DNA of 63,485 nucleotides, counting the filler, from Kipferlia bialata (taxonomy: Eukaryota): assembly GCA_003568945.1 (NCBI GenBank). It is 7 parts of 7 records of this genome, joined end to end, with 100 filler letters (N's around TTAATTAATTAA, not from the genome) between each part and the next. Parts side by side here need not be neighbours in the genome. Positions count along the whole stretch, not along the records: positions 12,623 to 25,131 come from BDIP01001075.1; positions 25,232 to 32,304 come from BDIP01001076.1; 5 more parts are not named here. The stretch is one strand, 5' to 3'. The position numbers and the translations under genes are program-made. A model generated the notes under the pieces. The model saw nothing but the letters and a program-made list of their open reading frames with translations. It searched no databases and was not told the DNA's origin. This document shows, in pieces, positions 12,716 through 25,932 of the stretch. Each line of letters starts with the position of its first letter. Positions within the stretch are counted from its first letter, which is position 1.

Positions 12716-15700
12716 GTCCTGATGATGGCTGGCCTTGAGAACAAGCCCGTTGTGTTCCTGTTCAGCGACACCCAGCTGGTGATGCCCTCCATGCTTGAGG
12801 ACATATCAACCATTCTGAACACAGGTCAGTTATATATATATACACATGGATATATATATGGATGGATCACATATATGTGATTCAGCTGGTCATGCCATCG
12901 ATGCTCGAGGACATATCAACCATTTTGAACACCGGTTAGTTAGTAGAGCTAGGCATCTCTGTCTCTCTATGTTTCTTCTCTCTCTTTCTCCCTCCCTCCC
13001 TCTGTCTCTCTCTCTCTCTACACCCTTAATCACAGGTGATATCCCCAACCTCTATGCCTCTGAGGAGCTTGACCAGATTTACACTGCCATGAGAGGTGTC
13101 TGTCAGGAGAAGGGTCTAGCAACAAACAAGATGGTCAGGTATAACGGTCTTTGTGCTAAGTGTTCTATTGCATTGACATGTTAAGGTTAATCTAACCACG
13201 TAGGTTCCAGCAGTACCTGCTCCGTATCTCCCAGAACCTGCACGTGGTGCTGGCCATGTCCCCCATGGGAGGTAGGATTGTATATTAATGAGATATATAT
13301 ATATATATACTCCCATCTGAGACATGTATGTAGTCATTCCGTTTTCTATATATGTGTGTGTGAGTTTATGTGTCTTGCCCTCACCCTCAGGTGCCTTCAG
13401 GGAGAGACTGAGGCTGTTCCCCTCCCTTGTCAACTGCTGCACACTCATCTGGTTCACAGCTTGGTCCAGGTATATATATGTATATATATATATATATATA
13501 TCATGTGAAAATACCCGGCACCTATAGAAGGCCCTCTTCTCTCTACCCCCCACCCCCCACCTTCTCTCTATATATATGTATGTATACCCTCACCCCCCAG
13601 GGAGGCTCTCTTCACCGTTGCCATGGAGGCCCTCCTTGACACCGATCTGCCCAATGTCAAGAAGGACAGCCCAGAGCACAGGGCCATCTGCGAGCAGGTA
13701 ATTACATGTGTATATACAGTGTATTAATATATACTATACAATGTATGTGTATATGTCAAGAAGGACAGTCCAGAGCACAGGGCCATCTGTGAGTTGGTAC
13801 TCTTGATTGCACTCATACGACTCTCGTATGCACTGTTCTCACCCCCAGGTTGCCGAGATGTGCGTGTACCTCCACCAGTCCGTGGAGAAGATGAGCGAGA
13901 AGTTCCAGGTACAAGGGTCTTATCCCTCTCTCTCTCTCTCTGTCTGTTTCTCTTGCTAGCCCCTTTAACAACAGGATGAGCTGCAGCGCTCCAACCACGT
14001 CACCCCCACCTCCTACCTCGAGCTCATCAATGCCTTCAAGAAGCTGCTGGTGAGTATCAGATAGATGCTACACTAAAACTAAGTGTTCATGTACTCTCTT
14101 CTCCTCTGTTCTTCACCTTCTTTTCATCCCTGCTACCCCCTTATTCTAGGCCAAGCAGCAGCTGAGCGTAGTTACCAACAAGAGGAGGTTCCAAGTGGGT
14201 CTCGAGAAGCTGGTGTCAACAGCTGTCATGGTACGCAAGTATCTCTCTCTCTCTCCCTCTACCCCCCTTTTCTCACCCTAGGTCGAGGAGATGGGCGTGG
14301 CTCTGGTCGAGCTGAAGCCTCACCTGATCGAGACATCCAAGCAGGTGGGTGGCAACTATATATACAATTTCATATGTTCAATTTCACTAGGATTATATTC
14401 TCTTACATCCCTCTTCCTACACCCTTTACTCACCCCCAGGTTGAGGAGTCCATGGTGCAGATTGCAGCAGACACCAAGGTGAGTGTAGATAGAGTCAGAA
14501 TCGAGATGGAGTGTTGTATGTCATTCATACACATATCTTCTATGTTTACAAATACCTAGGACGCCGATGCCACCCGTGCCATAGTTCTCTCTCTCTCTTT
14601 CTCTCGATATTATATTTGTATACACACATATAAAGTAGACTGATACCTAGGACGCCGATGCCACCCGTGCCATCGTTGAGGTCGAGGAGGCAGCAGCATC
14701 AACCAAGGCACAGGAGTGCCAGGCAATTGCAGGTATCGACATCAACTATACATATATGTATATGTCGGTAAATTCATAACGCTACTATGGTTAAAGTGTC
14801 AACCAAGGCCCAGGAGTGCCAGGCAATTGCAGGTACAGTGATAAATACACATATATAATAATAGTAGTGTATTGTATTTTGTTCTCACCCTCCAGAGGAT
14901 GCCGAGCGTGACCTTGCCGAGGCCCTCCCCGCCCTTGCCTCAGCTGTGGCATCACTCAAGCAGCTCAATGTGACAGATCTGACTGAGATGGCTAGGTAAT
15001 TGTTGTATTCATATACACACATCTATGTCAATATAGAGGGAGAGAGAGTAGCTCAATGTGACAGCTCTGACTGAGATGGCTAGGTATATATTGATGTGCA
15101 TATATATATAGAGTGAGAGAGAGACCTCACAGAGATGGCTACTTCTGTGGTGCATGACTTACCCGCAGGTACATCTCCCCTCCCCTTGCTGTCAAGCAGG
15201 TCCTGGAGGCTGTGTGCGTCATGTTCCAGGTATGGGATAAGTATATATCCAAGTACCTATTAGACTGAAGCTATATATATACATTCTCTTCAACTAGTAT
15301 CTCACTATCATTGTTTGTCTCATGTTCCAGGTATGGGAAAAGTGTTGGAGATAATGTAGTTATATGTATCTTAGTGTACATGTATACATACAACCCCTCT
15401 TACCTGTAGATCAAGGCCAAGCGTGTCGAGGATAAGGACAGGCCTGGCAAGCACGTCGAGGACTACTGGGAGCCAGCCAGGAAGATGCTCGGTACGTTAT
15501 TGCTCTCTCTCTCTATAAATACATATATATGTGTATGTATATATATATGCATACCTTACCCCAGGCGACCCCCGTGGTCTCCTTAACAACCTGTTCAAGT
15601 ATGACAAGGACCACATCAAGGAGTCAATCATCACAAAGGTACGAGGCCCCACTGTATATCTAAATATCTATGCATTTATACTGATCCAATAGCAATACTT

Positions 15701-15860
15701 CTAACTCCCCAGATCCAGAAGTACATCAACGACCCCGAGTTCAAGCCCGAGATCATTGCCAAGAAGAGTGTGGCTGCCACCTCACTCTGTATGTGGGTAC
15801 GTGCATGTGTATCTCTATTTTCATTTGAATATATATGTACCTTTGAACCAAAGTCAGTGT

Positions 15861-15909
<49 letters not shown>

Positions 15910-18900
15910 GCCAGGTCCGTGCCATGAACCTCTACCACCACGTGGCCAAGAACGTGGAGCCTAAGAGACAGAAGTACGTAGTTTTACTATAATCTCCATC
16001 TCCCTATTTCTCTTATAGTTGTATGTGTAGATATATGTATATATACAATACTCAACCCAGGCTTGCTGCTGCCCAGGCCGAGCTTGCTGAGACCAAGGCA
16101 TCTCTCGATGAGAGCCAGGCACGTTACACTCCTCTCTCTTTCTCTCTCTCTCTCTCTTATGTTCCACCCTTATCTTGACTTACACCAGGCCCAGCTTAAG
16201 GAGGTCGAGGACAAGATTGCCACCCTGCAGGCTGGGTTTGAGGAGCAGACCCAGAAGAAGCAGGATCTGGCCACCCAGGTATGTGTACATACTCACATTA
16301 GATATTGATACACCCAGATTATCAGATTATATATACGTACTGACGTTTAGATTAATATTGATAAACACATCATTATGTCTGCGTCTCTCTTTCATCACTC
16401 ACCATCCAGGTTGCAGATACCGAGACCAGGCTGGACAGGGCCAACAGGTAATATACATTTCGTATTTATGTGCACATTCATTATATATAGAGTATATATA
16501 TAGAGTACTATAGTATTTGTATCCGTACCTTCTAGTGTGTAATAAATATATAATAATATACATCTAACCCCCTAGGCTGATGGGCGCCCTTGGCTCTGAG
16601 CGCACCAGGTGGGAGGAGTCTGTGGCCAGGCTGATAGAGGAGGAGAAGAACCTGGTCGGAGACATTGTCTTTGCAACAGGTGAGAATATAGGAGTCTGAT
16701 TGGATAGATTGCTTCTCCTCCTTATATGTGTCTCTCTCTCTTTCTCCTTCTACACCCTTTTACCCCAGGTGCCATTGCCTACCAGGGTGCCTTCACCGCC
16801 GACTACCGCACTGCCCTGAACACCATGTGGCAGGAGAAGCTTGGGGAGATTGGCCTGCCCCACTCCATCTACGAGGGGGGACTCAGTGTCAACAAGTGAG
16901 TGGATATAGTGTGGTATATATGATATATATACATGTGTATATACTCATCTCAGGATCCTTGCCGACCCTGTGCAGGAGAGAGAGTGGATCCTGAACGGTC
17001 TGCCCTCTGACAACCACTCTATTGAGAACGGAGTGTTCCTCCAGAACTCATCAAGATGGCCACTCATGATTGATCCTCAGGTACTTTTGATAGTATTGTT
17101 ACTGATGTTGCGCTCACATAGCGCTGCATGTATCCACATATAGCGCTATGTCTCTCTCACCCCAGGGCCAGGCCAACAAGTGGGTCAAGCACACGGAGAG
17201 AGAGAACAACCTCGATGTGGTCAAGCTGACTGATGATGACTTCCTCAGGACACTCGAGAACGATATCAGGTATAGCTATATATATATATGTGTATAAGTA
17301 TTACATAGCATGTGTATTATACATCCATTGTATTCTATTGACACTAGGTTCGGTAAGCCCGTCCTGATTGAGAATGTGCAGACCGAGCTGGACCCTGCCC
17401 TGGAGCCCATCCTGCTCAAGCAGACATTCAAGCAGGTGCTCTCTCTCTCTCTCTCTCTCTCTCCCCCTCTACACCCTTTATTCACTGCAGGGTGCCTCTG
17501 TTGTCATCAGACTCGGAGACCAGGTCATCCCCTACAACTCCAGCTTCAGGCTGTACCTCACCACCAAGCTGCCCAACCCGTCCTACAGCCCAGAGACTGC
17601 AGTCAAGGTATTCTATGGTGTACTCTCATACACTCTATCTTGATCCCCTTGTCCCTTCTCACTGTCAGGTGCAGCTTCTGAACTTTGCCATCACCCCTGG
17701 TGGACTGGAGGACCAGCTGCTGGGTATGTATACTATAAGTGTCCGATACTAACTAAATCTCACAATCTCTTTTGTATGTAGTCTATATCCCACCCCCAGG
17801 CATTGTTGTGCAGAAGGAGAGGCCTGATCTGGAGGCCCAGAAGAACGAGATTGTGCAGAACAACGCTAGGATGAAGGTGTGTATATCACAACTCTCTCTC
17901 TCTCTCTCTCTCTCGTACTCTAGTCCCTTATTGTCAGGCCGAGCTGAAGGCTGTTGAGGACAAGATCCTGCAGCTGCTGTCCGAGTCTGAGGGAGACATC
18001 CTGGCCGATGAGACCCTCATCGACACACTCTCACAGTCCAAGACAACCAGTACAGACATTACAGCAGAGGGTATGTGTATATATATATATATACCGCCCC
18101 ATTACTTGCCTTCACTCTTTCTCCCTAACTATATGCAGATATATATATAAACGCATTTATGGCTCGCTCACCCCCAGTGGCCAAGGCCGAGGAGACTGAG
18201 AAGATGATCGATGTCACCAGATCAGGGTACAAGCCAGGTACGACTTTCTCTCTCTCTCTCTTCCTATCCACACAATATTGATTGTTGCCTTGTCCATGTC
18301 TCCTGTGGCAGTCTCTCCCTCCCCTCGATCTCCCCCTCTATCCCTCTTATCCCCAGTTGCCGTCCGTGCCTCATGTCTGTTCTTTGTTCTCAACGACATG
18401 CAGCTTGTGGACCCAATGTACCAGTACTCCCTGCAGTGGTTCATATCACTCTTCGGCCAGGTATCTTGCAGTATCTATTGTTTAGTTACACTTTCTTGTG
18501 ATGTCTTACTTATCCCAGTCCATATCCGATGCGCCAGAGTCCACCAAGCTGTCCGAGAGACTATACAACCTCAACGACTTCTTCACATACAACCTCTACA
18601 CCACCGTGTGCAGGTATGTAAAACATACATATATATATATTGTAAAGGAATTTTTGATCGACCTTGTTGATTTGTGTCTGTTCTGATGTCCAGGTCTCTG
18701 TTTGAGCAGCACAAGCTCCTCTTTGCTCTGCTCCTGGCACTCAGGATCAGACAGAGGGCAGGTATGACATATGTTGATGTCAATGTATATATGTATTTAT
18801 ATTAATTTATGTTCTTGTACTCTACTTACCCTCCCTTACCTCTCCAGGCAACCTCGACGCTGCTCTGTACAGGTTCCTCCTGGTGGGATCCACATCCTCG

Positions 18901-20652
18901 TCGCCCAGGTACATATACTGCATGTACTTAGTTCACTATACATCTTTCATAGTTATTGGCATGTGGTTATGTGTCATTGTAAATACAATTCTATGTGTTG
19001 CCGTCTCACTCCAGACTTCCCAAGCCAGCCACCGCCGCTGGATGGCTGTCTGACAAGATGTGGCTCGACATCAACGACCTGGACCAGCTAGGTATCTTTC
19101 TCTATGCTCACTCTCTCTCTCTCTCCCTCTCTATAACCCCAGGTGCCTTCAGAGGCATAGCCGCTTCCTTTGACTCTGTGGAGGGACTCACCATCTGGAG
19201 GTCATACTTTGACAGCAACGACCCGCACCTGCACGCTCTGCCAGAGGTATGTATTCTCTCTCTCTCTATGAATACATGTTCTTACAATGACCCATATGTA
19301 CTCTGTATATCCCTATATGTGCTCCGTATGTGTCTATATCTCACCCCCAGCCCTTCGAGTCCAGCCTCGACTCCTTCCAGAGGCTGCTGCCACTCAGGTG
19401 AGGAGATAGCATGTATCTCTCTCGTTCTCTCTCTCTATTTATGTATGTATATGTGCGTGTGTGTGTGTACACATATACTCCTCACCCCCAGGTGCCTCAG
19501 ACCAGACAAGGTTGAGGACTACGTCATAGTTCTCTCTCTCTATGTCTTTCTCTCTATATATATATAGATGTGTGTGTGTGTACTTATGGATATTGTTCAC
19601 CCCAGGTGTCTGAGGCCCGACAAGGTCGAGGACTACGTCATTGAGTTTGTCACCAAGGACCTCGACGCACGTTTCGTTGAGCCACCCACATTCGATATGG
19701 CACTCTCCTACCGGTACGGTCTATCTCTCTCTATATTTCAATATCTCAATTTCCCCCAGTGACTCTAACTTTCTCTGTTAGTTATAGTTTGCATATCTGA
19801 CTTCCAGCGACTCTAACAACGTCACCCCTCTTGTGTTCGTCCTTAGCTCCGGTGCCGATCCAGCATCTGCCCTTGTGAAGTTCGCCCAGGTACATACTGC
19901 ATACATATTCTTTCGTGTAGAATCGTTATCGCGAAACTTAACCTTCAGGACAGCAGAATGGGCTCCAAGCTGTTCTCCATCTCTCTTGGACAGGGACAGG
20001 GAGGCCCTGCCACCAAGATGATCCAGGTACTGCCGCCTGTCTCTCTCTCTCTCTTCAATGACGCGTACTGGACTGCATACATTTCATGTATATGCAAATA
20101 TTACTATTATTATTATTATGTATATCTTACCCCTTAGGACGGTGCTGAGCACGGACACTGGGTGCTGCTCCAGAACTGTCACCTGGCTCTGTCCTGGATG
20201 TCAGGTACAGTCTCTCCCTCCCCCCACCCCTTCGACCCCTCACTATCCCATGCTACAACCCTATTTACACATTATGCCATTATATATTCATACTCACCCC
20301 TAGAGTTGGAGCGCCTGGTTGAGAACCTCCAGGGTGACCCATCCTCGGTGCACAGGGACTTCAGGTACTGTAGTATATATATGTATATTAGTACATATTC
20401 ACAAGCACTTCAGATACTATTACTCTCGCTTTCCTCTCTCCACTTGTGTACATATTGTTCCCACCCCCCAGGCTGTGGCTCACCTCGATGCCCTCCCCCA
20501 AGTTCCCAGTCTCAGTCCTCCAGGTACTATCTCTCTCTATCTCTCTATATCTGTATGTATATTAGTAGTTCTTGCGGTCCTATACATACCCATCCTAACC
20601 CCCTAGAACAGTGTCAAGATGACCAACCCTCTCTCTCTCTCTCTCTCTCTCT

Positions 20653-20692
<40 letters not shown>

Positions 20693-22678
20693 TCTAACCC
20701 CCTAGAACAGTGTCAAGATGACCAACGAGCCCCCCCGTGGACTCAGGGCCAACCTCATCAGAAGCTACAAGGTACAGCGATGTATATGTGTGTGTATATG
20801 TGTGGCTATATGATCTATTCTCTCTCTGCTATGCTCATCAGGAGCTACAAGGTATAGTGTCTCTATGACATACTATCCTCACTCCCTCTCTCTCTCTCCT
20901 GTTCTCACCCCTAGGGTTACGATGACCGGTTCCTCGACGAGACATGTGTCAAGCAGGTGGGATTTGTGTATACGATTGTATTGTGTGTCCTATATTCATA
21001 TATTACCAGCATTCTTTTTATTTCTCTCTTTATCTCTTCCCCTTCCCCCCTTCTCACTGTCAGACGGAGTACAAGAAGATCCTCTACGGTCTGTCTGTGT
21101 TCCATGCCATTGTGGTCGAGAGAAAGAGATACGGTGCACTGGGTACGGTGTAATGTTACTTCTCTGTCTTATTATGTCTGGTAATACTTCTTCTAATCTC
21201 TAACCTCAGGTTTCAACATCCCCTACGAGTTCACCACCGGTGACCTTGACGTTTGCATCAGGTATATATATATACACATTTGTTAATATTGTCTTTGGGA
21301 GGGTAGTGTCGCATAGATCAATGGTTTCATCAGCCTCTCATTAACCTCTCATTTTCTCTGCTCTTTTGTCATTAACGTCTCCTTAACCCCCCAGACAGCT
21401 CACCCTCCTGTTGGAGAAGTACGAGGAGATTCCATTCTCCGTCATCAGGTTCCTCGTAGGTAGGGGGAAAGGGTCCAGTAATTCAAAAGAGAATGGTGTA
21501 CTATTCTCTGTTGACATAGCATCGTGTGAATAGTATCTTTGATTATTCCAATGCCAGGCCAGATCAACTACTAATCTTATGATTCATCTATTCTGATATA
21601 AATGTATATATATATATATATGTAAATCACCATTCTAACGATCCAGGCCAGATCAACTACGGAGGCAGGGTGACCGATGACCACGACAGAGTGACCCTGC
21701 TCACCATCATCGATGACTATGTCAACGATGGGTGTCTGGAGGAGGGGTACTCCTTCACACCGGACAAGAGCATCCAGCAGCTGCCTGCCAACGACCAGAG
21801 GTATATACATCTATATCAATTGTTTACTATACATCTAACCCCCCCAGGTCCTACCTTGAGACCATCAAGCAGATGCCCATAAATATACTAGTTGTGTATG
21901 TATAATAATTAATACATATTTACATTTAATAGTCTAACCCCAGGTCCTACCTGGAGACCATCAAGCAGATGCCCATAAATATACTAGTTGTATATTATAT
22001 ATATATATATATACATCTAATAGTCTAACCGTCCAGGTCCTACCTTGAGACCATCAAGCAGATGCCCATGACACCCTCCCCAGAGGCATTTGGGTTCCAC
22101 CCCAACGCTGCCATTTCATCCAGGTATAGTGTATATATATACATACTTGAGTGTGCATATAGAGTATGTATACTCTGACTCCTAGGAATGCCGAGACCAC
22201 CCATGGTGTATATAGTATAGTGTATGTATACATCATACACATATTCAATATTGTATATAGTGTATATATACATCCTCTGACTCCTAGGAATGCCGAGACC
22301 ACCCAGCTCTCTCTCTCTCTCTCTCTCTCTCTCCCCCCCCCAGTAGTACAGTATGTATAGTACACATATTCATTGTCTATATACTCTAACCCCTAGGAAT
22401 GCAGAGACCACCCAGCTCTTCTCCATCCTGCTGTCCCTCCAGCCCAGACAGAGCTCTGGCGGTGGTATCTCAAGGTTAGTATGTCGGGCTCCTCTCTTTC
22501 TCTCTCTCTCTCCATATATAGGTATTGCCTTACCTTAGGGAGGACACCATCATGCAGACTGCCGAGTCTCTACTGGAGTCCCTACCTGAGCAGTACGACA
22601 TCCAGACAATCGAGGGGCAGTACCCCACAAAGTGAGTGGTACTATTGTTCTCTCTATTTCCCTCTCTATATATACATA

Positions 22679-22726
<48 letters not shown>

Positions 22727-24266
22727 TTAGCTACAAGGAGTCCATGAACACTGTGCTTGTGCAGGAGTGCATCAGATACAACAAGCTCCTCTCCGTCATC
22801 AGGGCCTCCTTGATCAACATCATCAAGGCCGTCAAGGGTATCGTCATCATGAGTGCTGAGCTCGAGCAGGTATGATAAGCATGTGTACTAATAGTCTATT
22901 ATTATGAATGCGTATATATACAGTGTTGAGGTGCAGTGATGTAGATTTTGGGCAGAAATTGTGGAGACTGTTTCTTGTACCCCACCCTTCCAACCCCTAG
23001 GTGTCTGACGCTCTGTTCAACAACACTGTGCCTGGTCTGTGGGCCAAGAGTGCATACCCATCCCTCAAGAGCCTGTCTACATGGTACGGCTAGTATATAC
23101 ATTCACCACTATTGTATATATATGTTTGCAACTATAGTATATACTCTAACCCTAGGTTCGTTGACCTCCGTGCCCGTTGTGACTTCATCACCCAGTGGGT
23201 CAGGGACGGACCCCCCAAGGTCTTCTGGATCAGCGGACTCTTCTTCCCACAGGTACATAGTCTCTCTCTCTCTACACTGTGTATTATGCCCCTTCCCTAC
23301 TCTCTCTCTCCCTTACTAACACCAGGCCTTCCTCACCGGTACCCTCCAGAACTTCGCCAGACGCCATGTCGTGCCCATCGACACAGTCTCCTTCTCCTTC
23401 CATGTATGTGGTTATGATGCTTATGATTCTTATGTTTCTATGTATGTGGTTTCTATAGCTCTCTAGATTCTTCAGTTCCAAGTTTTTAACTAAATTTACT
23501 TCAGGTCCTTGATGAGCAGTGTCTAGGTCCTAGTATAACTTCATTTATTACTATTGAGTTTCATAATATATTGACTTCAGGTCCTTGACGAGCATGGTCT
23601 AGAGGGAGAGCCAGATGCGGCACCTGTCGATGGATGCTATGTCAGGGGACTGTACATCGAGGGGTGCAGATGGGACTGGGACCACCACGTGCTGGCAGAC
23701 AGTAGACCTAAGGTATGTATACTATCGTATCTCTTCTGGTTTAACAACTCCTTGTGGACTACTTTAGTGTGTGTAATTGTATTACTGGTCATCCACACTA
23801 TATTCTCTCACTCTCTCTTTCTACGAATTCAATCCCTAACCATCAGGAGCTCTACACGGCCATGCCCATCATCCACCTGCTGCCAGAGGCCAACCACAAG
23901 CCACAGGTACCATTCTACACAAACAGTAAATTACTATATACATTACATGAATTATATAGGAATCCCTCTCCAGTGTGTTTGCATACTCTTACTCACCTCT
24001 CAGCCTGGCACCTACAGTTGCCCTGTGTACAGAACCCTGACCAGAGCCGGTACCCTATCCACAACAGGTTAGTGCATATGTATACATACAAAGATACTGC
24101 AAGTAACAGTCGCAACCTCATGAGTTTACGGTAGAATTATGATTTCTGCTCCCTCTCACCTCCAGGTCACTCCACCAACTTCATGCTCATGATCGACATT
24201 CCCTCCAGCCGCAAGCAGGCTGTGTGGGTCAAGTCGGGTGTGGCCATGTTCGCAGCACTCTCCTAA
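12716..24266 (+). CDS. DNAH1: Axonemal inner-arm dynein heavy chain, DNAH1-like: AAA4, stalk/MTBD, AAA5, AAA6 and C-terminus (5' partial, about 60 exons)
   Basis: Spliced peptides [134 protein letters not shown] and [24 protein letters not shown]...[11 protein letters not shown](24264-24266). The dynein call is secure; the DNAH1 subtype is from recalled similarity. Confidence 0.95.
21835..22425 (+). repeat. Two triplicated acceptor + exon-start units inside dynein introns
   Basis: cag|gtcctacct(t/g)gagaccatcaagcagatgccc occurs three times (about 21846, 21942, 22036). ctag|gaatgc(c/a)gagaccaccca occurs three times (about 22183, 22285, 22393). Confidence 0.95.
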
Positions 24267-24786
24267 GGCGTCTGAAACGTTCTAGACGGTGAAACGTCGG
24301 ACATTGAGTTAGTTCCCCTTCCTTCATTCCCTTCCCCTCTCTCTCTTTCCCTTCATTGGTATATTTGTGTGCATCTTTTAGCTGGGTCGGCTGGCTAATT
24401 GCACTACATTCCTCCATGTTGTGAGAGTAGAGATATGGGGCTGTGAATAGATTTGTATTTCATGTTCTTGCCTCGTTGCTCAATCATTCTGCTATTATGT
24501 GCTGGCTGGTGTACACAGCAGCCCATACTTAGTAGTTTATCTTTTATGTAAAGACTATGAACCTCCATAGCATGAATTGAATCACATATTACATAATACC
24601 ACACAGAGACTAAATAGACAATATATAGATCTACTAGGCCTAAGCTTAGTAGACAATGAGTGAGGCACAGAAACAATTCAGGTCATCTTCAGAATTTCGA
24701 AATTGAATCACACGAAATTGGAAATGTGACTAACTCTCTATATGCTGCACTGGTTTCTTCAACCGCTTTCGTACACCATCTGATTG

Positions 24787-25048
24787 ATGAGTGACGAAAC
24801 AAGCGACGTCATCGTGGAGAGTCAACAGAGAGAACGAGAGACGAAGGGTGAGGCCGAGGTGTCCCCTGCTGGTTGTGAGACTGATGGCATTGATGGCATT
24901 GACATAGCCGTTGAGACCAGTGGAGACGGAGGCACTAAGGAGGATACTGGGGGAGAGAAGAAGGAGAAGGAGAAGCACGACGTGAGGGAGCTCCTGAAGG
25001 TGCCGTCGTTCGTGCCCTTCCTGCTGGGAGACCTCATCAACAAGACAG
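24787..25048 (+). CDS. First exon of a probable MFS-type transporter (3' partial)
   Basis: Acidic disordered N-tail, then VRELLKVPSFVPFLLGDLINKTG|GTAAAT, resembling TM1 of DHA3/H+-antiporter-like MFS proteins. The contig ends in poly-C. Confidence 0.45.
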
Positions 25049-25079
25049 GTAAATCTCAGCCCCTAATCATTATAATCAC

Positions 25080-25131
<52 letters not shown>

Positions 25132-25231
25132 NNNNNNNNNNNNNNNNNNNNNNNNNNNNNNNNNNNNNNNNNNNNTTAATTAATTAANNNNNNNNNNNNN
25201 NNNNNNNNNNNNNNNNNNNNNNNNNNNNNNN
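25132..25231. other. Artificial contig spacer
   Basis: N run + TTAATTAATTAA + N run. Confidence 0.99.
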
Positions 25232-25295
25232 CCACAGGTAGCATGGACCTACCCCTTCCCCCATCCCCCCCCCCCCCCCCCCCCTCTCACCCCAG

Positions 25296-25430
25296 GGTAC
25301 CATCATTGAGGTGGATGTGTCTGACCTAGGCCTGGTGACCCAGTCCGGCAAGGTGGTGTGGGGCAAGTACGCCCAGGTGACCAACCACCCCGACAGGGAT
25401 GGGTGCATCAACGCCATCATGCTGGTGTAG
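25296..25430 (+). CDS. NSA2: Ribosome biogenesis protein NSA2, last exon (5' partial)
   Basis: After ctcaccccag: [47 protein letters not shown], the conserved NSA2 C-terminus. Confidence 0.95.
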   Translation, partial: GTIIEVDVSDLGLVTQSGKVVWGKYAQVTNHPDRDGCINAIMLV

Positions 25431-25932
25431 ACAGGGGGCGGTGCATGCTCCCTCCACCCATGGGGTGTGCAGGGGTGTAGGCCGTACTGTCCTGCCTTGT
25501 CCGTATGGCATCCCCTGCTCTTTGTCAGGCCGTGGTACACCCCCCGGCACTGCCCATGTCATCTATCTTTATTTAGCCGATCTTGCGTCGCGTGTGGGTG
25601 TATATACATATAGTTCTTGTGTGCCTGCCTCCCACCTGATACTGCGTTATACGGGTGGCAGGCCAGTGTAGTTTGTGTCTGTTGGGTATCCTCCCCCAGG
25701 CTGTACCCCTATCGATTAGGGCGCCGGGGTTTCAGGGCCTTGTGATGTGATAAATTTCCGTTGTTGTTGTTGTCTTCTGGAGGAGTGAATGGGTGTCTTG
25801 AAGTGTTAGAGTCGGCTCTGAGTCAGAGGCTCCGAGTCGCTCAACCACTCGAGGCTCTACACCCTTTTCTTCTGTGTTTGCGACTGTTTGTGGATCTAGA
25901 TATGCCTCTATCTAGGGCACCGGAGAGAGAGT

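Noticed and set aside
12716..24266. Alternative genetic code or stop-codon readthrough
   Set aside because: The exons I reconstructed translate cleanly with the standard code, and genes in the window end in TAA, TAG and TGA.
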